Source: Candidatus Omnitrophota bacterium
GTDB lineage: Bacteria; Omnitrophota; Gorgyraeia; B26-G9
Length of the DNA: 64,000 bases
NCBI GenBank assembly: GCA_043826565.1
Contig: JBDRPX010000038.1
Location: 70,334-134,333 of the forward strand
Direction of reading: 5' to 3'
Positions within the stretch are counted from its first letter, which is position 1; each line of letters begins with the position of its first letter. The translations under genes and the position numbers were made by a program. A model generated the notes under the pieces. It ran no database searches. It saw only the letters and a program-made list of their open reading frames with translations, and was not told the origin of the DNA. Below are positions 60,781 through 64,000 of the stretch, in pieces.

Positions 60781-61418
60781 CTCCGCAGGTTATAAAAAAA
60801 ATTATTCCGAGAAAATAAGGCATAAAAACAACCAATTATCCATAAAATTACCCCGGATGGTTCAGGTATAATATTTTGAGTACCCGGTGTTCCAAAATCC
60901 CCATCACCATACATGTTTTCCGGCATGGGGGAAGTTGCGATCCAACTCTCAGGATTATTTAGCAATCCCTGGCCGGTAAAAGCCATCGATCTTCCGCTAT
61001 AAACAGGCCAATAATCATTTATATATTCAACCCGGGAAATCTCTACACCGTAACTATTTTCCAATATAATTTCATCTTCAGTATTAGATAGAACAAAGTC
61101 ATTGTAAACGTAGCCTGGGGCATACCCGCCGTTTTCTTCCGTATTACCATTTCTGCCAAGGACTAAGAACCCCTTTGCCGGGATAACCAATACCGATCCA
61201 TTATTTATTTGATGATAATTCGTATCGGCATCTTTTATGGTCCAATTAGTTATATCAATCGCAAAATTTTCATCATTATATAATTCAAGCCATTCTCCCA
61301 GCGCATCGGAAACAGCATTTGGGTCGGCCATGATTTCATTAATAGTTATCCCGGCATATACCGGAAACACGTAAATAACCGCCATTACCAAAACAATCCC
61401 AACTAATCGTTTTTTCAT
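60771..61418 (-). CDS. lamin-tail-domain (LTD) protein with PEP-CTERM sorting signal
   Basis: Signal peptide and LTD motif ITINEIMADP…GEWLELYN. C-terminal PEP + hydrophobic helix + RRWK. Confidence 0.7.
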   Translation of the reverse strand: MKKRLVGIVLVMAVIYVFPVYAGITINEIMADPNAVSDALGEWLELYNDENFAIDITNWTIKDADTNYHQINNGSVLVIPAKGFLVLGRNGNTEENGGYAPGYVYNDFVLSNTEDEIILENSYGVEISRVEYINDYWPVYSGRSMAFTGQGLLNNPESWIATSPMPENMYGDGDFGTPGTQNIIPEPSGVILWIIGCFYALFSRNNFFYNLRRWK

Positions 61419-61453
61419 AAGCCCCTATCTCCCCCCTATGTCCCTTAATCTTT

Positions 61454-62071
61454 TTAAAAAACATAACTCAGTCCGATTATCAAGAGCAAGCCTCCGGAAA
61501 GCCGTATGAGATTTTGATAAGCAAAATCAGTAAGATAAACTTTCCCCTTACTTACTCCATATCCTAATAAACCATACCAAAAAATATCCGCAAGCCAATG
61601 TCCCATTAAAAGCATAGTTACTCCCATAAGACCGGATATTGAAGCTTTGCTAATTGTCGATAAACCGATAGTTGCCCACCAGATAAAAAACCCCGGGCTG
61701 GCAATACTAAAAATTACCCCACCGGCAATTAAGCTTTTTTCAAATTTTTTATTTTCGTCCTTTATTACGGAAAGGCTTAATTTAGGAGATTTTAAAAAAA
61801 ATATTCCCCCCATCAGCATCAAAGCTGCTCCGCCAATAAGTGATATTCCTCTTAAGAAACTATCATCGACAAATAATCGCTTAAACCCGAACAAAATTAT
61901 CAAAATTATAATGAGTTCTATAATTATATGTCCGGTAATAGTTTTGATCCCGGCAAATTTATTGGTTCTCAGGGCACCGGAAACAGTAAAAAAAGTTAAA
62001 GGTCCCGGGATCATCGCCCCGGTAAGGCCAATCATAAATCCGGTAAACAAAATAAATAGAAACGAAGCCAT
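61454..62071 (-). CDS. LysE/RhtB-family amino-acid exporter
   Basis: Six-TM profile. Start placed at the internal Met to avoid overlap. Confidence 0.55.
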   Translation of the reverse strand: MASFLFILFTGFMIGLTGAMIPGPLTFFTVSGALRTNKFAGIKTITGHIIIELIIILIILFGFKRLFVDDSFLRGISLIGGAALMLMGGIFFLKSPKLSLSVIKDENKKFEKSLIAGGVIFSIASPGFFIWWATIGLSTISKASISGLMGVTMLLMGHWLADIFWYGLLGYGVSKGKVYLTDFAYQNLIRLSGGLLLIIGLSYVF

Positions 62072-62103
62072 CCTTGCTATGTTTAACCTCCGATCACACT
62101 CTA

Positions 62104-62529
62104 TTAAAAAGCGCCTTCTTTTTTTAAAGAAAGCGCTAAAACTAAATCCCGAAGCCAAACAATCATACCTTTGTAAAATTCAACAACCGGCACATAGCTA
62201 TTTTTCGGCAGCTGCTCTAAAAAATCATTTAAAGATAGACTTTTTACAACGAGCGAATCATACCAGTTAAAAACCGTCACGAAAATTAACGGCACAACAA
62301 AAAACAAGAGAAACAAATATACGATTACTCTACCCCATTCGATAATATTTTTAAAAATTAAAACAATCGACTTTGTCTTTTCTTCTTTTTTGATGTTTGC
62401 AGAAGTCTTTACATCCGGAGCTTCTGATTCGACAGTCCCGGGAACAACTCCCTGCAAATTAATACCGCACACCAAACAACTTTGACATTTGTCTAAAAAA
62501 GTTCTGTTACACTTTGGGCATATTCTCAT
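62104..62529 (-). CDS. zinc-ribbon + TM hypothetical protein
   Basis: CPKC…CLVC N-terminal zinc ribbon and one TM helix. Confidence 0.45.
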   Translation of the reverse strand: MRICPKCNRTFLDKCQSCLVCGINLQGVVPGTVESEAPDVKTSANIKKEEKTKSIVLIFKNIIEWGRVIVYLFLLFFVVPLIFVTVFNWYDSLVVKSLSLNDFLEQLPKNSYVPVVEFYKGMIVWLRDLVLALSLKKEGAF

Positions 62530-62555
62530 TAGATATCCTGCCTAAGAAGCTAGGG

Positions 62556-62987
62556 CTATTGCACAAATTGTGTATCCAGAACCGCCTGACTCCAAAATTT
62601 CCAAACATCCCCCTCCTGTTTAAAAACATAGATAAAGTCCACAATATTATTCTGAAATGCCGGACCTTGAACTTTTGTAGTTCTTTGCTTACCCCGCGCC
62701 AAAGCATACTCATCATCTTTTCCAATATAGTTAAAGCTAAGCAGCGTATATCTTAAATCATAATAAGGGAATAGCTGCTTACTTAATTCCATGGTTTGTA
62801 AATATCCCGGAGCTTGCGTATGGATTGTCCGCATCGCCCCGTCAATATCTTCGTTCTCAAGAGCCACGAAATTTGACTCCACCACACCACGCAAAATATC
62901 GCTAATTTTTTTTTCCTGCGCAAACACAGGCTTACAAATTAAAACCATTAAAACTAAAACACTAAACAAAATACCAATTTTTTTCAT
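62556..62987 (-). CDS. secreted hypothetical protein (NTF2-like?)
   Basis: Signal peptide. 143 aa. Confidence 0.45.
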   Translation of the reverse strand: MKKIGILFSVLVLMVLICKPVFAQEKKISDILRGVVESNFVALENEDIDGAMRTIHTQAPGYLQTMELSKQLFPYYDLRYTLLSFNYIGKDDEYALARGKQRTTKVQGPAFQNNIVDFIYVFKQEGDVWKFWSQAVLDTQFVQ

Positions 62988-63008
62988 ACCTCCCCCTCTG
63001 TTTTAATA

Positions 63009-63209
63009 TTATTGTGAAGATTTCATTTTTTCCCACACAAAAAGAATGAATTTACCTAAAAGCCATATCGCCACGATCAATAGTGCCAACATAACTACAA
63101 CGCGCAATAAAAAAGCTAAAACCAATAACAAAGGAATAATTAAAACTCCAATCCCCGCCATGACAATAACCGCAATTAAAAATATAAGTCCGATTAAAAA
63201 TGCTTTCAT
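63009..63209 (-). CDS. small two-TM membrane protein
   Basis: 66 aa, highly hydrophobic. Confidence 0.35.
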   Translation of the reverse strand: MKAFLIGLIFLIAVIVMAGIGVLIIPLLLVLAFLLRVVVMLALLIVAIWLLGKFILFVWEKMKSSQ

Positions 63210-63230
63210 AATTATTTTATTTAAATTTCA

Positions 63231-63938
63231 TTAATCAACAACAATAAGTTGTTCTAAAATTTCATCTTTTTCTTCTTTTTTTTCAAAACGTTTCTTTTTA
63301 AAATCTTCTATACTTTTTACTGTTTTTTCAAATTGTTCTTTTAAAGCGGCCCCATTTCTCACTGCCTGCCTTAAATATGCTCTCCTTGCTTCAATTGTAA
63401 ACACAGGATTTCTCGCATTATCAATAAAGTTCTGAATAATCTTTAGATTGCAATATATATCAACAATCCCATCCATCAACTCAAACTTATCAATAGTTGC
63501 ATTATTCATATTCGCCTGATAAGCCTCATAAGAAAATGTTATCTGGGGAAATGTCCAGCGTTCCTCCAACTCTTTCTCTTGCATTTTATCAAGGTGCCTT
63601 ATCGCGTCCAGGTTATTGGAACATTCATTTACTAAGGCGATCAATAAAGCTCTCTTACGATTTAACTCTACCTCCCGAAGAGTTGCCAAATATTCCTTAA
63701 TACTTCTCTGGTGAGCTTCTATCTTAGCCTCTGTCACTTCTTCAATCGTAGAAATTTTCTCGGAAGCGGAATCTTTTTCAAAACTTATTTGGCGAGATGT
63801 TGTATTTTCAAGTTTTTCAATATACCCCTTAAAAGCTGAATTATTTTCATTAAGAGTTAGAATGAGCATTACAAGAATTACAATAACCGCAATTATTTCA
63901 ATATTATTAATAACAGCAAAAATTTTTTTAATAATCAT
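63231..63938 (-). CDS. membrane-anchored coiled-coil hypothetical protein
   Basis: N-terminal TM helix and a charged helical region. Confidence 0.4.
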   Translation of the reverse strand: MIIKKIFAVINNIEIIAVIVILVMLILTLNENNSAFKGYIEKLENTTSRQISFEKDSASEKISTIEEVTEAKIEAHQRSIKEYLATLREVELNRKRALLIALVNECSNNLDAIRHLDKMQEKELEERWTFPQITFSYEAYQANMNNATIDKFELMDGIVDIYCNLKIIQNFIDNARNPVFTIEARRAYLRQAVRNGAALKEQFEKTVKSIEDFKKKRFEKKEEKDEILEQLIVVD

Positions 63939-64000
63939 GTTTTGCTCTCCTCCTTAAAAGTTAGATCAATACCGCTTGGGTAACTCTAATAATAGTTATA

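Noticed and set aside
61647-62270. 207-aa plus-strand ORF
   Set aside because: Antisense to the LysE exporter and zinc-ribbon genes. Proline- and isoleucine-rich translation typical of an antisense frame in AT-rich DNA.
1-64000. CRISPR arrays / rRNA genes
   Set aside because: No regularly spaced direct repeats of 25-40 nt and no rRNA-like conserved blocks were seen.

Overview
This 64 kb window is a low-GC bacterial chromosomal segment with no rRNA genes and no CRISPR array. It is mostly densely packed with co-directional genes. I did not assign a taxon; all calls were read from the ORF translations and the raw sequence by eye, and no database search was run.

Positions 80-18536 read as one + strand super-operon. 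It runs hisD-hisB-hisA-hisI, then trpE-G-D-C-F, a SPOR-domain gene, trpB-trpA, then gspE/pilB-gspF/pilC and three pseudopilins (T2SS/T4P-type), then a FIST sensor, a GAF histidine kinase and a REC-GGDEF regulator. The trpA stop overlaps the gspE start, which translationally couples tryptophan biosynthesis to a pilus/secretion ATPase.

A small accessory patch follows at 18.5-21 kb: an IS200/IS605 TnpA remnant bracketed by 26-nt inverted hairpins, a HigB(Gp49-like)/HigA toxin-antitoxin pair, and tRNA-Ala(CGC).

From 21 to 55 kb the window carries:
- an AmmeMemoRadiSam system whose proteins have export signals (Tat signal on the radical-SAM AmrS, Sec signal on a fused AmrB-AmrA), coupled to a single-domain receiver;
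- housekeeping genes: aroQ, pepP, efp, accB, accC, Asp23/AmaP, gmhA, hldE-C, thiE, thiC, tRNA-Gly(CCC), guaA, dnaE, hisS, dgt, aroB;
- more c-di-GMP components: a PilZ-PilT fusion ATPase, a standalone PilZ protein, and a GAF-HD-GYP phosphodiesterase.

The last 9 kb is minus-strand. It holds an orphan MobC-like gene and a PAS histidine kinase/receiver pair that is followed by two paralogous membrane-anchored proteins of unknown function. Further along are SixA, an LTD-domain PEP-CTERM protein (implying an exosortase elsewhere), a LysE exporter and several small hypothetical membrane or secreted proteins.

The most interesting items are the trp-to-pilus-to-c-di-GMP coupling, the PilZ-PilT fusion, the apparently exported AmmeMemoRadiSam system, and the two-component-linked paralog pair next to a mobile-element remnant.
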